Shown here: positions 38,632-50,108 of the stretch, piece by piece
How the letters are laid out: every line of letters starts with the position of its first letter
Position numbering within the stretch: position 1 is the first letter of the stretch
Source: Nitrospirota bacterium
Lineage (GTDB): Bacteria > Nitrospirota > UBA9217
DNA: 64,000 bases
Assembly (NCBI GenBank): GCA_963749655.1
Contig: CAVVOB010000021.1
Span: forward strand, 50,786 to 114,785
Reading direction: 5' to 3'
The notes under the pieces: model-generated
The model's database searches: none
Told to the model about the DNA's origin: nothing
What the model saw: only the letters and a program-made list of their open reading frames with translations
Position numbers and translations under genes: made by a program

Positions 38632-40194
38632 ATGCTAAGCCCCCGCCGTATGATCATAAAGAGCGTCGTCGTGACCGCGACAGGTGTGCTCCTGACCGCC
38701 TGCGTCGTGGGCCCTGACTTTCGAAAACCTTCCCCGCCCGACGTGAAAGCGTACACATCCCGGGAGCTACCCCAAAATACGGAATCAGCGGCCGGCCCGA
38801 CCGGCGCTGCCCAGCATTTTGTGACAGGACTGGATATCCCGGCTCAGTGGTGGCAGCTTTTTCAATCCCCGTCTTTGGACCAGGCCATCCGCCAGGCGCT
38901 CGCGGACAATCCGAACCTTGCCGCAGCGCAGGCAACGCTGAGACAGGCGCAGGAAAACGTGAACGCAGCGGTCGGCTCGGCGCTCTTTCCGGCCGTGGAT
39001 GCCAATGCTTCGACTACGCGCCAGAAGATATCGGGCGCCTCTTTCGGGCAGCCTGACACCCATTTTCCACCGTTTACGCTCTACAATGCATCGGTAAGCG
39101 TCACCTATGCCCTGGACTTCTTTGGCGGAGCTCGGCGCGAACTTGAAGCGCTTCGGTCACAAGTGGACTATCAGTGTTTTCAGTTCGAAGGCGCCTACCT
39201 GACGATCGCTTCGAACATAGTCACCAACGCTGTAAAGGAAGCATCCCTTCGCGCCCAGATAGCAGCAACAAAGGAAATCATAGCCGCAGAAGAAAAACAG
39301 CTCGACCTCGTCGAGCGGCAGTTTCAACTGGGGGCAGCGTCACGGCCTGACACCCTGGCGCAGCGGACGCAGCTTGCACAGACGCGGGCTACCCTGCCGC
39401 CGCTCGAAAAGGCACTCGATCAGAACCGCCATCAGCTGTCCGTCCTTGTCGGAAAGCTGCCGGGCGACGCCGCAACATTCCCGACGTTCGACTTTGATGC
39501 CCTGAAGCTGCCGCAGGATATCCCGGTCAGCCTGCCCTCGGACCTGGTCCGGCAGCGGCCGGACATACGCGCTGCTGAATCGCTCCTGCACGCCGCAAAC
39601 GCCCAGGTCGGCGTTGCCACGGCCAATCTCTACCCCCAGATCAAGTTGAGCGGCAGCTTCGGATCGGAGTCGCTCACAACAGGACGCCTTTTTACCGGAG
39701 GATCCTCTGTCTGGAGCGCTTCGGGAGGGCTGACTCAGCCGCTCTTTCACGGCGGTGAACTGACTGCCCAGCGCCGCGCTGCTATCGCCGCCTACGATCA
39801 GGCGCTGGCCCAATATCGCGCCGCCGTTCTGCAGGCGTTTCAAAATGTCGCAGACGTCCTGCGCGCCCTCGATGCCGATGCGGCTGCACTCAAGGCTGAG
39901 TCAGAGGCAGAAGCGGCAGCCCGTGACAGCCTCGAACTGTCGAAGAAGCAGTTTCAGCTCGGCGCCGTAAATTATCTCTCGCTGCTAAATGCGCAGCGCG
40001 GATATCAGGAAGCGAGGATCGGCACCGTACAGGCGCAGGCACTTCGCCTGGCCGATACGGCGGCCCTGTTCCAGGCGCTCGGTGGCGGCTGGTGGAACGA
40101 GGAACGCTCCGGGAGCAAGGCGGTCTCCGCTGAAAAGATAGCGGGAAAAGACAGCGGTGACGTGAGGGAGAAGTCGACAGGAGATATACCATGA
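38632..40194 (+). CDS. RND efflux outer membrane lipoprotein, NodT family
   Basis: Lipobox LTACVVGPDF, WWQLFQS, LPSDLVRQRPDIRAAE, LFQALGGGW. Confidence 0.93.
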   Translation: MLSPRRMIIKSVVVTATGVLLTACVVGPDFRKPSPPDVKAYTSRELPQNTESAAGPTGAAQHFVTGLDIPAQWWQLFQSPSLDQAIRQALADNPNLAAAQATLRQAQENVNAAVGSALFPAVDANASTTRQKISGASFGQPDTHFPPFTLYNASVSVTYALDFFGGARRELEALRSQVDYQCFQFEGAYLTIASNIVTNAVKEASLRAQIAATKEIIAAEEKQLDLVERQFQLGAASRPDTLAQRTQLAQTRATLPPLEKALDQNRHQLSVLVGKLPGDAATFPTFDFDALKLPQDIPVSLPSDLVRQRPDIRAAESLLHAANAQVGVATANLYPQIKLSGSFGSESLTTGRLFTGGSSVWSASGGLTQPLFHGGELTAQRRAAIAAYDQALAQYRAAVLQAFQNVADVLRALDADAAALKAESEAEAAARDSLELSKKQFQLGAVNYLSLLNAQRGYQEARIGTVQAQALRLADTAALFQALGGGWWNEERSGSKAVSAEKIAGKDSGDVREKSTGDIP

Positions 40195-41341
40195 TAAATA
40201 TCAAGGACTCATTCATGAACAAACGAATGCTGACCATGCTCGCCATTGTCGGGGTCCTGTTCGGCGGCGTCTTCGGCTTCAAGGTGGTCCAGGCGAGGAT
40301 GATGCAGAAATATATGACGTTCCAGATGCCCCCGGCAGTGGTGACGGCGATCAAGTCTGAGGTGCACCCCTGGCAGCCGCAGCTCAAGGCTGTCGGAAGC
40401 CTTCGTGCCGTGCGCGGAGTCGACGTGACGAGCGAGATCGCAGGCCTCGTCCGGGAGCTTGATTTCAGGTCCGGAGAGGCGGTCACGGCGGGACAGGTGC
40501 TGGTCCAGCTGAACGCCGACGCGGATATAGCCCAGCTCCATGCGCTCCAGGCGGCGGCTGACCTGGCGAAAACAACCTTTGAGCGCGACAAAAAGCAATT
40601 TGAGGTGCAGGCGGTCAGCCAGGCAACGCTCGACGCCGAGGCAGCCGACCTGAGGAGCAAACACGCCCAGGTCGCGCAGCAGCAGGCGTTGGTCGACAAG
40701 AAGACCATCAGGGCGCCCTTCAGCGGCCGTCTCGGCATCAGCACGGTCAATCCCGGCCAGTATGTGAATCCGGGCGACAAGATCGTGACCCTGCAGGAGC
40801 TCAATTCGCTCTATGTGGACTTCTATCTTCCCGAGCAGGAACTTTCGCGCATTGCTGCGGGACAGCCTGTTGTCGTCAGGACCGATACCTATGGGGGCCG
40901 CACCTTCAGCGGCAAGATCACGGTCATCAATCCCAAGGTCGATGCCGACACGAGAAATGTCCAGGTCGAGGCCACGATCACCAATCCCCGGCGCGAACTG
41001 CTGCCGGGCATGTATGCGACGGTCGAGGTGCAGGCCGGTACAGCGCAGCAGTACCTCACCGTGCCGCAGACCGCCGTCACGTACAACCCCTATGGCAATA
41101 CGGTCTTCATCGTGCTGATAAAGGAAAAGGCCCCGACGGCAAACCGCTTCTCGAAGTCCAGCAGACCTTCGTTACGGTCGGACCTCGGCGCGGCGATCAG
41201 GTAGCGATTCTGACCGGCGTGCAGGAAGGCGACCTGGTGGTCACGAGCGGGCAGCTGAAGCTGAGGAACGGCAGTGCCGTGGTGATCAACAACGCGGTCC
41301 AGCCCTCGAACGAGGCCGCGCCGAAGACGGAAGACCAGTAG
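40191..41341 (+). CDS. RND efflux periplasmic adaptor subunit (apparent frameshift near 41118)
   Basis: AVGSLRAVRGVDV, IRAPFSGRLGI, LLPGMY, VPQTAVTYNPYG. The shifted frame gives GPRRGDQV...VVTSGQLKLRNG to TAG at 41341. Confidence 0.9.
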
Positions 41342-41344
41342 CGG

Positions 41345-41410
41345 CAGTTTTTGAGTTTGTCAGTTATGAGTTTTTAGTTGGATAACTCAAAACTAAAAAC
41401 TTAGAACTCG
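41345..41410. repeat. Inverted heptamer-periodic repeat
   Basis: gtttttgagtttgtcagttatgagtttttagtt ... aactcaaaactaaaaacttagaact. Confidence 0.7.
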
Positions 41411-41423
41411 ATACGAGGTACTT

Positions 41424-44400
41424 ATGCATTTCACCGATCTCTTCATAAAACGACCCGTGCTCGCCACGGTGGTGAGCCTGTTGATCCTGGTCCTGGGACT
41501 CCGCTCGATCGGGCTCCTGCCGGTCCGCCAGTATCCGCTGACCCAGAATGCGGTGGTGACGGTCCAGACCGTTTACTACGGCGCCGATCCCGGCCTGGTG
41601 GCGGGATTCATCACGACGCCGCTCGAAAACTCCATTGCCCAGGCAAACGGCATCGATTATCTCACCTCATCGAGCAGGCAGAGCGTCAGCACCATCCAGG
41701 CGACCCTGCGCCTGAACTATGATTCGAACAAGGCCCTGACCGAGATCAACACCCGGGTCAATGCCGTGCTGAACCAGCTGCCGCGGGACACGCAGCAGCC
41801 GGTCATCACCGTGGCCATCGGCGAGACCATCGATTCCATGTACATCGGGTTTTCGAGCAAGGTCCTGCCCACGAACAAGATCACCGACTATCTGATCCGG
41901 GTCGTGCAGCCGAAGCTGCAGGCCGTGGACGGCGTGCAGACGGCCGAGATCCTCGGCAAGCGCCAGTTCGCGCTTCGGGCCTGGCTCGACCCGGTGAAGA
42001 TGGCGGCCTTCGGCGTGACCGCCACGGACGTGAGCAACGCCCTGGCCTCGAATGACTTCATCTCGGCGCTCGGCCGCACCCAGGGACAGATGGTGACCGT
42101 CGACCTGATCGCGGACACCAGCCTGCATTCGGTCGAGGAGTTCCGGAACCTCGTGATCAAGTCGAAGAACGGCGCCCTCGTCCGCCTGGGCGATGTGGCC
42201 AAGGTGACGCTCGGCGCGGAGGACTACGACACGGCGGTCACCTTCGACGGCCAGAGCGCGGTCTACATCGGCATCAAGGTCGCGCCCACGGCCAACCTCC
42301 TGACGGTGATCGACGGCGTGCGCAAGGTCTTTCCCGTCGATCGCGGAGCAGCTGCCCGAAGGCCTGGACGGCCGCATCGTCTACGACGCCACGAAGTACG
42401 TGAACAGTTCGATCCGCGAGGTGGTCAGGACGCTGGTCGAGGCGCTCCTGATCGTGACCGTCGTGATCTTCCTGTTCCTCGGCACGGTGCGTTCGGTGAT
42501 CATCCCGACGATCGCCATGCCGCTGTCGCTGATCGGCGCCTTCTTCATCATGCTGGTGCTCGGCTACACGATCAACCTGCTGACCCTGCTCGCGCTGGTG
42601 CTGGCCATCGGGCTCGTGGTCGACGACGCGATCATCGTGGTGGAGAACGTCCACCGCCACATTGAAGACGGCATGAAGCCCCTGCCGGCGGCGCTCCAGG
42701 GGGCGCGCGAGCTTGCCGGTCCGATCATCGCCATCTCGGTGGTCCTCATTGCGGTCTATATCCCCATCGGATTCATGGGCGGGCTGACCGGCGCCCTGTT
42801 TACGGAGTTCGCCTACACGCTGGCCGGCGCCGTTGCCGTGTCGGCTGTCATCGCGCTCACGCTGTCGCCCATGATGGCCTCGCGCTTTCTGAAGCCCTAC
42901 AACCATGACGGACAGGGTCGTTTCGCCGCCTTCATCGACCGCCAGTTCGCCGGTCTGCGCCGCGGCTACGAGCGGCTGCTGCACGGCTCGCTCAACACGC
43001 TGGCGGTGACGGGCGTGTTCGCCGCGCTCATTTTCGCGAGCATCTATTTCCTCTACGCGACCTCGAAGAGCGAACTTGCGCCGCAGGAGGACCAGGGCAT
43101 CATCATCGCCCTGACCACGGCCGCTCCCGACGCCACGCTGGAGCAGACGCAGCTCTCGACCCGGCAGGTGTTCGATGTCTTCACCTCGTTTCCGGAGACG
43201 GACCATGTGTTCCAGTTCGCCGGCGCGAGCGCGCTGAACATCGCCTTCGGCGGCATGGTGTTCAAACCCTGGGACGAACGGAAGCGCACGTCGATGGAGC
43301 TGCAGCCCCAGGTGCAGATGAAGCTGGGCCAGATCGCCGGTTCACGGTCGGCCGCGTTCCTGCCGTCGCCGCTGCCGGGCAGCAGCGGACTGCCGGTGCA
43401 GTTCGTGATCGGCACGACGGAATCCTTCGAGCGCCTGAACGAGGTGTCCCAGGCGCTCCTGGCAAAGGCCTACGCCAGCGGCGTCTTCGCGTTCCTCGAT
43501 ACGGACCTCAAGATCGACAAGCCGCAGGTCACCGTGGATATCGACCGTGACAAGACGGCCCAGCTCGGCCTCACCATGCGCGACGTGGGCGGCGCGCTGG
43601 GGTCCATGCTGGGCGGCGGCTATGTCAACTACTTCAGCCTCGCCGGCCGCTCCTACAAGGTCATCCCGCAGGTGATGCAGCGCGACCGCCTGAACGCGGA
43701 GCAGCTCGGTAACTATTACATCACCACGCCGAACGGCTCGTCGGTCCCGCTCTCGACGATCATCCGCCTTAAGACGGACGTCGTGCCTGAATCGCTGAAC
43801 CATTTCCAGCAGCTCAATTCGGCGACGATCTCGGGCGTGTTGATGCCGGGGGTCACCCTGGGCCAGGCACTGGAGACACTCAAGGGTCTTGCTCGGGAAA
43901 TCCTGCCCCAAGGCTACAGCGTCGATTATGCGGGCCAGTCGCGGCAGTACGTGCAGGAGTCGAGCGCTTTGTTGATCACGTTCGTCTTCTCACTGATCAT
44001 CATCTTCCTGGCGCTTGCCGCCCTGTTCGAAAGCTTCCGCGATCCTTTCATTGTGCTCGTCAGCGTGCCCATGTCGATCTGCGGGGCCATGATCTTCATC
44101 AGCCTGGGCGTGGGCGGGGCGAGCCTCAACATCTATACGGAGGTGGGCCTCGTGACTCTGATCGGCCTGATCAGCAAGCACGGCATCCTGATCGTGCAGT
44201 TCGCCAATGACCTGCAGCGCGAGGGCAAGGGCAAGCGCGAGGCAGTGGAAACGGCCGCCGCGATCCGGCTCCGGCCCATCCTGATGACGACTGCGGCCAT
44301 GGTCCTGGGAGTGCTTCCGCTCGTGACTGCGTCGGGTGCGGGCGCCGCGGGCAGGTTCAACATGGGCCTGGTGATCATGACCGGCATCGCTATCGGCACG

Positions 44401-44514
44401 CTGTTCACCCTCTTCGTGGTCCCGGCAATGTATCTGTTCCTCGCCGCGGAGCACCGGCAGGAGGGCCAAGCCCGTGAAACAGCTGGGGGAATGCCGCAGG
44501 CCGCTCATTCGTAA
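41424..44514 (+). CDS. RND efflux permease, AcrB/MexW-MexI-like (apparent frameshift near 42338)
   Basis: FIKRPVLATVV, LAIGLVVDDAIIVVENV, LTLSPMM, GLISKHGILIV, RLRPILMTT. Two ORFs join across one indel. Confidence 0.93.
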
Positions 44515-44685
44515 CGCCGACAAACCGGAACCAAAAAACTTGGGCCGCAATAACCCGCACTGTTCGCAGGACGGCAAATACCTTTAAGATCTCAGGTCGG
44601 GATCTATGCATTCTCCGCATTCATCGCGTTCTGCGGAAGATGGTAGACATTGTTATGAAGATTTCGGGCCACCCGGAGGGCGGCA

Positions 44686-45633
44686 ATGAACAAGCGGAAC
44701 CTTGGAAAAGCCGGTTTGAAAGTAAGCGCGCTCGCGCTGGGAACCAATGTCTTCGGCTGGACGGTCGATGAACCGACGGCATTTGCGATCCTGGACGCCT
44801 TTGTAGATGCGGGCGGCAGCCTGATCGACACTGCAGATACCTATTCCCGGTGGGCTCCGGGCAACAGGGGCGGAGAATCGGAGACCATTATCGGAAAATG
44901 GCTCAAAAAAAGCGGAAAGAGGAGCAAGGTCGTCATCGCCACGAAGGTCGGGAGCGAGATGGGCCCGGACAAAAAGGGGCTTTCCCGGGGCCATATTCTC
45001 CGGGAGGTGGAGGCGTCGCTCCAACGGCTGCAGACCGATTATATTGATCTGTACCAGTCCCACAAGGATGATCCGAATACGCCGATCGAGGAAACACTCG
45101 GCGCATATGCGGAGTTGATTGCCGAGGAGAAAATCCGCGCGATCGGCGCGTCGAACTTCAGCGCCGAGCGGCTTGCCAGGGCGCTGGAGATCAGCGACAA
45201 AGCGAATTTGCCGCGCTATATAAGTCTGCAGCCCCGGTATAATCTATACGATCGCACGGAATATGAGCAATCTCTGCAGCAAGCCTGCCTCGGAAAGGGG
45301 CTCGGCGTGATTACGTACTATTCGCTGGCAAGCGGGTTTCTGACCGGCAAGTACCGGTCGCCGCAGGATCTTGCAAAAAGCATCCGGGGGCAGGGCATTG
45401 TCATCTATATGAACCAGAGAGGATTCCGCATCCTCGACGCTCTGGACCGCGTGGCGAAGCAGTACAACTCGTCTCCTGCGGCCGTCGCACTGGCCTGGCT
45501 CATGGCGCGGCCCGCCGTCACAGCGCCTATTGCCAGCGCGACAAGCGTCGCTCAACTGCAGGCACTGATAGCGGCAACGACGCTTAACCTGGACCGCCAG
45601 GCGATCGAAGTCCTTGACCGTGCAAGCGCGTAA
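44686..45633 (+). CDS. Aldo/keto reductase
   Basis: IDTADTY, SETIIG, IATKVG, SLQRLQTDYIDLYQSH, IGASNFS. Confidence 0.94.
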   Translation: MNKRNLGKAGLKVSALALGTNVFGWTVDEPTAFAILDAFVDAGGSLIDTADTYSRWAPGNRGGESETIIGKWLKKSGKRSKVVIATKVGSEMGPDKKGLSRGHILREVEASLQRLQTDYIDLYQSHKDDPNTPIEETLGAYAELIAEEKIRAIGASNFSAERLARALEISDKANLPRYISLQPRYNLYDRTEYEQSLQQACLGKGLGVITYYSLASGFLTGKYRSPQDLAKSIRGQGIVIYMNQRGFRILDALDRVAKQYNSSPAAVALAWLMARPAVTAPIASATSVAQLQALIAATTLNLDRQAIEVLDRASA

Positions 45634-45815
45634 GAATTTCCCCTTGCAACCGCCACCGCCGATTTTCCCTTTTCCCCGCCCGATCTGATCTGATCGCCGA
45701 CGTCGCACCCCCGTTTTTGCCGTCTTACGGCGAGTTGACAGGTTGCCTTTCCGGTGCTACGTTCAAAGCAGAAGCAGATTTCGAGCCCACCGTCGGCCGA
45801 GAGGAGGAGTAAGGT

Positions 45816-46358
45816 ATGAAAATTCCACTGCAAATCACCTTTCGAAACATCCCGCACTCCGCCGCAATCGAAGCAAAGATCCAGGAAAAGTCAGAGAAAT
45901 TGGACCGGTTCTACGACCGTATCATGAGCTGTCGGGTCGTGGTCGAGGAATCGCAGCGAAGACATCGCCAGGGAAAACTGCATTGCGTACGCATCGATCT
46001 AACGGTGCCGGGCAAGGAAATCGCGGTCAGCCGCCACGAGAATGAAGACGCCTATATCGCCGTCCGCGACGCCTTTGATGCCGCCGTCAGGCTCCTTGAG
46101 GAGCACGGGCGCCAGCTTCGCGGTGTGGTGAAGACACACGCGGAGCAGCCCGTGGGGCGTATCGTGAAGATTTTTCCCGATGCCGACTACGGCTTCATAA
46201 AGACACCTGATGAGCGGGAGATCTATTTCCACCGCAACAGTCTTCTCGACACCATTGACTTCAGGGCGCTGAAATTCGGAACAGAAGTGACGTTCGTCGA
46301 AGAGCAGGGAAAAGAAGGCCCCCAGGCCGCGCGCGTCGCAATCAGCGGCAGCCGCTGA
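45816..46358 (+). CDS. HPF/RaiA ribosome-associated protein fused to a cold-shock domain
   Basis: QITFRN..HS..IE, RIDLTVPG, AVRDAFD. C-terminal YGFIKTPDEREIYFH...GPQA. Confidence 0.88.
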   Translation: MKIPLQITFRNIPHSAAIEAKIQEKSEKLDRFYDRIMSCRVVVEESQRRHRQGKLHCVRIDLTVPGKEIAVSRHENEDAYIAVRDAFDAAVRLLEEHGRQLRGVVKTHAEQPVGRIVKIFPDADYGFIKTPDEREIYFHRNSLLDTIDFRALKFGTEVTFVEEQGKEGPQAARVAISGSR

Positions 46359-46519
46359 CGCCAGGATGTCGGAACTTAGTGTCAGTCGCCACACGCCGTA
46401 AGGAGAGCGCAACACAACCGCTTCAACACGGAGGCGGGCACCCCTTCTTCCGAGGACCGGGAGAGAAGGTGTCCGACTCCTGAATTCGTACGTACCGCCA
46501 TCCGCATCCATCATCCCTC

Positions 46520-46548
46520 TTGACAGCGCTGCAGTGTCCCGGTATATA
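46520..46548 (+). promoter_or_regulatory. Sigma70-type promoter upstream of htpG
   Basis: TTGACA (46520-46525), 17 nt spacer, TATATA (46543-46548). Confidence 0.6.
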
Positions 46549-46677
46549 TAGTATCCGATTTCGGCCCATAGCCCCGCGCCCCAGGGTTCAGGCAAAAACC
46601 CGGCGCAGATCCGGCGGAGTCATCATCCGGCGCCGTCCGGCTGTCCGGAAATACAATCATAAACGACGAGGTGCACA

Positions 46678-48585
46678 ATGACCGCTGAAAAGATGGACTT
46701 CAAAACCGAGGTAAAGGAACTCCTGAACCTGATGATCCACTCCCTCTACTCGCACAAGGAGATTTTTCTGCGCGAGCTTATCTCGAATGCCTCCGATGCC
46801 ATTGACAAGGCACGTTTCGCATCGCTCACGAACAAAGACATCTTCGCCGCCACGGGAGAGTGGAAGATAAAGATCACCGCGGACAGGAACGCCGGTACTT
46901 TGACCATAAGCGACAACGGCATCGGCATGACGCGGGAGGAGGTCATCAGCGAACTCGGGACCATCGCCCACTCAGGCACCAAGGACTTCCTGCGGGCGCT
47001 CCAGGATAAGGCCTTGAAGGACAAACCGGACCTGATCGGCCAATTCGGCGTCGGGTTTTACTCGTCGTTCATGGTCGCGGACAAGGTCGCGGTCATAAGC
47101 CGTAAGGCAATGGAACCGGCGGACAAAGCGACAAAATGGGATTCCGCTGCCGACGGCACCTTCACCATGGAAGAGGCGGTACGGGACCGGCCCGGAACCG
47201 ATGTGGTTCTCCATCTCAAGGCAGAGGAGAAGAAATACCTCGACGAATGGGAAATCCGATCGATCGTCCGGAAATACTCTGATTATATCGAGCACCCCAT
47301 CGTCATGGACGTTGAACGGGAAAAGGAGGACCCTCTTGACAAGAGCAAAAAGATCAGGACCGCAGAAGAGGAGACCTTGAACTCCCGCAAGGCGATCTGG
47401 CTCAAGGACCCGTCAGAGATCAAACCGGAGGAGTACAACGAGTTCTACCGGCACGTTTCCCATGATTTCGGCGATCCGGCCAAAATCATTCATTACCGCG
47501 CCGAGGGCACATCGGAATTCAGCGCGCTCCTCTACCTCCCCGCAACGGCGCCCTACGGAATTTTGTACCGCGACTTCAAGATCGGACCGATGCTCTACGT
47601 CAAGCGGGTTCAGATCATGGACCATTGCGAGCAGCTCCTCCCGGAGTACCTGCGCTTCGTACGGGGCGTTGTCGACTCGTCGGACCTGCCCCTCAACGTG
47701 TCGCGCGAAATCCTCCAGTCCAACCGTCATATGGAGGTCATCAAGAAAAACATCACCAAGAAGGTCCTCGATACCCTGGCGGATATGAAGAAGAACTCAG
47801 GCGATGCATACCTCGCGCTCTACCGGGAGTTCGGCAGGATCCTGAAAGAGGGAATCCACTTCGATTCATCCCGCAGGGAACAGATCGCCGATCTGCTGCT
47901 GTTTCCATCCACCAAAACTGAGTCCGGCAAATACACGACCCTTGAGGATTATGTAAAGAATGCGCCGATCGCCCAGTCCGAGATCTACTACATTACCGGC
48001 AGGTCTGACGAGAATGTATTGCAATCCCCCTATCTCGAAGCGTTCCAGGAAAAGGGCTACGAAGTCCTGGTCATGACCGACGACATCGACGACATCATCA
48101 TGTCATCCCTGGCCGAATACAAGGGAAAGAAGATCAAATCGGTGATCAAGGGCGATATATCCCTCGACAAGACGGATACGCCGGAAAAGGAGCGGTCCAA
48201 GGAGAAGTTCGGCAAGCTGCTCGAACGCATCAAGGATCAGCTGAAGGACGACGTGAAGGACGTGCGCCTGTCGGGAAGGCTCAAGGACTCGGCATGCTGT
48301 CTGGTCTCCGAAGAAGGCGGACTCGACCCGCAGATGGAAAAGCTGCTCAAGTCCATGGGACAGGAGGTTCCCGCTCAAAAAAGGATCCTGGAGATCAATC
48401 CCTCCCATCCCGTTTTCGAAGCAATGCATGATCTGATCGAACAGGGCGGCAGTGACGATGTCATGAAAGAATATATCAGCCTGCTGTACGATCAGGCGCT
48501 GTTGCTGGAAGGATCGAAGCTGAAAGACCCGGCCGCATTCACCAAGCGCGTTGCCAGGCTGATGTTCAAGAACGTCAAGAAATAG
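46678..48585 (+). CDS. htpG: Molecular chaperone HtpG (Hsp90)
   Basis: LYSHKEIFLRELISNASDA, DNGIGM, LGTIAHSGT, IGQFGVGFYS, DLPLNVSREILQ. Confidence 0.98.
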   Translation: MTAEKMDFKTEVKELLNLMIHSLYSHKEIFLRELISNASDAIDKARFASLTNKDIFAATGEWKIKITADRNAGTLTISDNGIGMTREEVISELGTIAHSGTKDFLRALQDKALKDKPDLIGQFGVGFYSSFMVADKVAVISRKAMEPADKATKWDSAADGTFTMEEAVRDRPGTDVVLHLKAEEKKYLDEWEIRSIVRKYSDYIEHPIVMDVEREKEDPLDKSKKIRTAEEETLNSRKAIWLKDPSEIKPEEYNEFYRHVSHDFGDPAKIIHYRAEGTSEFSALLYLPATAPYGILYRDFKIGPMLYVKRVQIMDHCEQLLPEYLRFVRGVVDSSDLPLNVSREILQSNRHMEVIKKNITKKVLDTLADMKKNSGDAYLALYREFGRILKEGIHFDSSRREQIADLLLFPSTKTESGKYTTLEDYVKNAPIAQSEIYYITGRSDENVLQSPYLEAFQEKGYEVLVMTDDIDDIIMSSLAEYKGKKIKSVIKGDISLDKTDTPEKERSKEKFGKLLERIKDQLKDDVKDVRLSGRLKDSACCLVSEEGGLDPQMEKLLKSMGQEVPAQKRILEINPSHPVFEAMHDLIEQGGSDDVMKEYISLLYDQALLLEGSKLKDPAAFTKRVARLMFKNVKK

Positions 48586-48836
48586 GTTCCGAAGTCAAGG
48601 ACACACATGACAACAACCGGGGGGCGTTCATCGTGCCTCTGCGTCGGACGGTGTGAGAAGTCAGCTTCCCCTTCAGCGGGATGGTCCCTTCTTCTACGGT
48701 CGTGCCAACCGCCCTTCCCGATGCTGAAAATTCTTGCAATTACCCGCCCTTTATTATATCCTCTTGACTAGGGAAGGGTGACCCAGAGGATACTATCCTC
48801 TCCGGCGACGCGTCGGATGGGGGGAAACGTGCTTCC

Positions 48837-49763
48837 ATGCAAAGGAGAGCCTTCATGATGAGACTGCCCGCTTCGTTTCTGCTGACCCTGTGCCTGGTCC
48901 TTACCTGTGCCGGAAACGCTCTTTCTCTGGACTCAATGCCGGCAAGCTACTTTGCGAAGCGCAGCGACGTCGCTCTGCTGCCCATCCTGGATCAGACAAC
49001 CTCCCGTCCGCCCACGTTGCAGGGCCTGACCGGCCTCGTGCTCACGAACAGCGCCTATACCTTGCCGAAGGGCCGGGTGACGATCGGGGCAGCTCTCACC
49101 AGCGAAGACAGTTCGAATCCCGATTTCAGCCTTCAGCAGGTGCCGGTGACCTTCACCATGGGCCTCGCAGACCGGATCGAGATCGGCGCCAAAGCCCAGG
49201 TGATATCATTAAAGAGCGGGTCCTCTTCGCGCGAGACCGGACTGGGCGATTCCGAGATCATGATCAAAGGACGCATAATCAACGGCGACTCCTATATTCC
49301 GGCAGTTGCCGTCGGCCTGGGTGTTATTCTTCCCACGGGGGATCGGACAAAGGGGCTGAACGAAGTACATGACTGGGGTGCTAAAGCTTCTCTCATGGTA
49401 TCGCAGGAATCCCTTATCTTCGGCGAGCATTTCGTCGGGGCGTATTTGGAGATGCAGGCAATTTTTGTAGACACCGTCACCGAACCCACCAAGCCGGGAC
49501 AGGACAGATACCTCCAGGCCAACGCCGGCGTGCTCATACCCCTGATCGAAGATAACGAGCTGCAGCTTATCCTTGAGTACAGCAGAATCGGAAAAAAGAA
49601 CAACTTTACTCTCAACGAGGCGAATTACGCTGCATATGCACCAGCCCTCCGCTATGCCGCGAAAACGTTCAGTGCCACCTTCGGAGCGCAATATCTGAGT
49701 AAACTGTCCGGTGAGCCGGAAAATTCAATACGGTATGTCGCCGCTCTCAGCCGGAGCTTCTAG
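48837..49763 (+). CDS. Hypothetical exported protein, probable outer membrane beta-barrel
   Basis: Signal peptide, GLTGL..SAYTL, GLGD..I..K, LPTGD, amphipathic strands, terminal Phe. Confidence 0.65.
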   Translation: MQRRAFMMRLPASFLLTLCLVLTCAGNALSLDSMPASYFAKRSDVALLPILDQTTSRPPTLQGLTGLVLTNSAYTLPKGRVTIGAALTSEDSSNPDFSLQQVPVTFTMGLADRIEIGAKAQVISLKSGSSSRETGLGDSEIMIKGRIINGDSYIPAVAVGLGVILPTGDRTKGLNEVHDWGAKASLMVSQESLIFGEHFVGAYLEMQAIFVDTVTEPTKPGQDRYLQANAGVLIPLIEDNELQLILEYSRIGKKNNFTLNEANYAAYAPALRYAAKTFSATFGAQYLSKLSGEPENSIRYVAALSRSF

Positions 49764-50108
49764 ATTTCAGGGGCTCCTGCCGCCTACCTTGGGTCCCTTG
49801 GAGTGCCGCACAGGTTCCTTTCACGCCCCCGGCCCCGTCGATCATGAAATCCACCTTACCGGGAGCTGTCCCCCCGGCAAGCACGTCTCATGTTTTATCC
49901 TCAAGCTTTTTATCCTGTACGTACAACCTGATTTCGCAGCCGCCAGATACAACCGGCCTCGACTGGTTCCAGGGATCTACGTCTTCCTGATCATCACACG
50001 CCCTTCCTCTCTGCAGACAGATTTTTTTCTTCTATAATTATGGAAGAAAGGGCGATTTTGACCCGCTTTCCTTATATCAGGAAACCGCAGCAGGAGAAGG
50101 AGGAAACC

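Noticed and set aside
37681-44514. Methyltransferase, adaptor and RND permease as true pseudogenes
   Set aside because: Each has a single indel with otherwise intact sequence on both sides, matching the window-wide error pattern.
46500-46560. CIRCE/HrcA operator upstream of htpG
   Set aside because: No match to TTAGCACTC-N9-GAGTGCTAA, only a weak GACA..TGTC symmetry.
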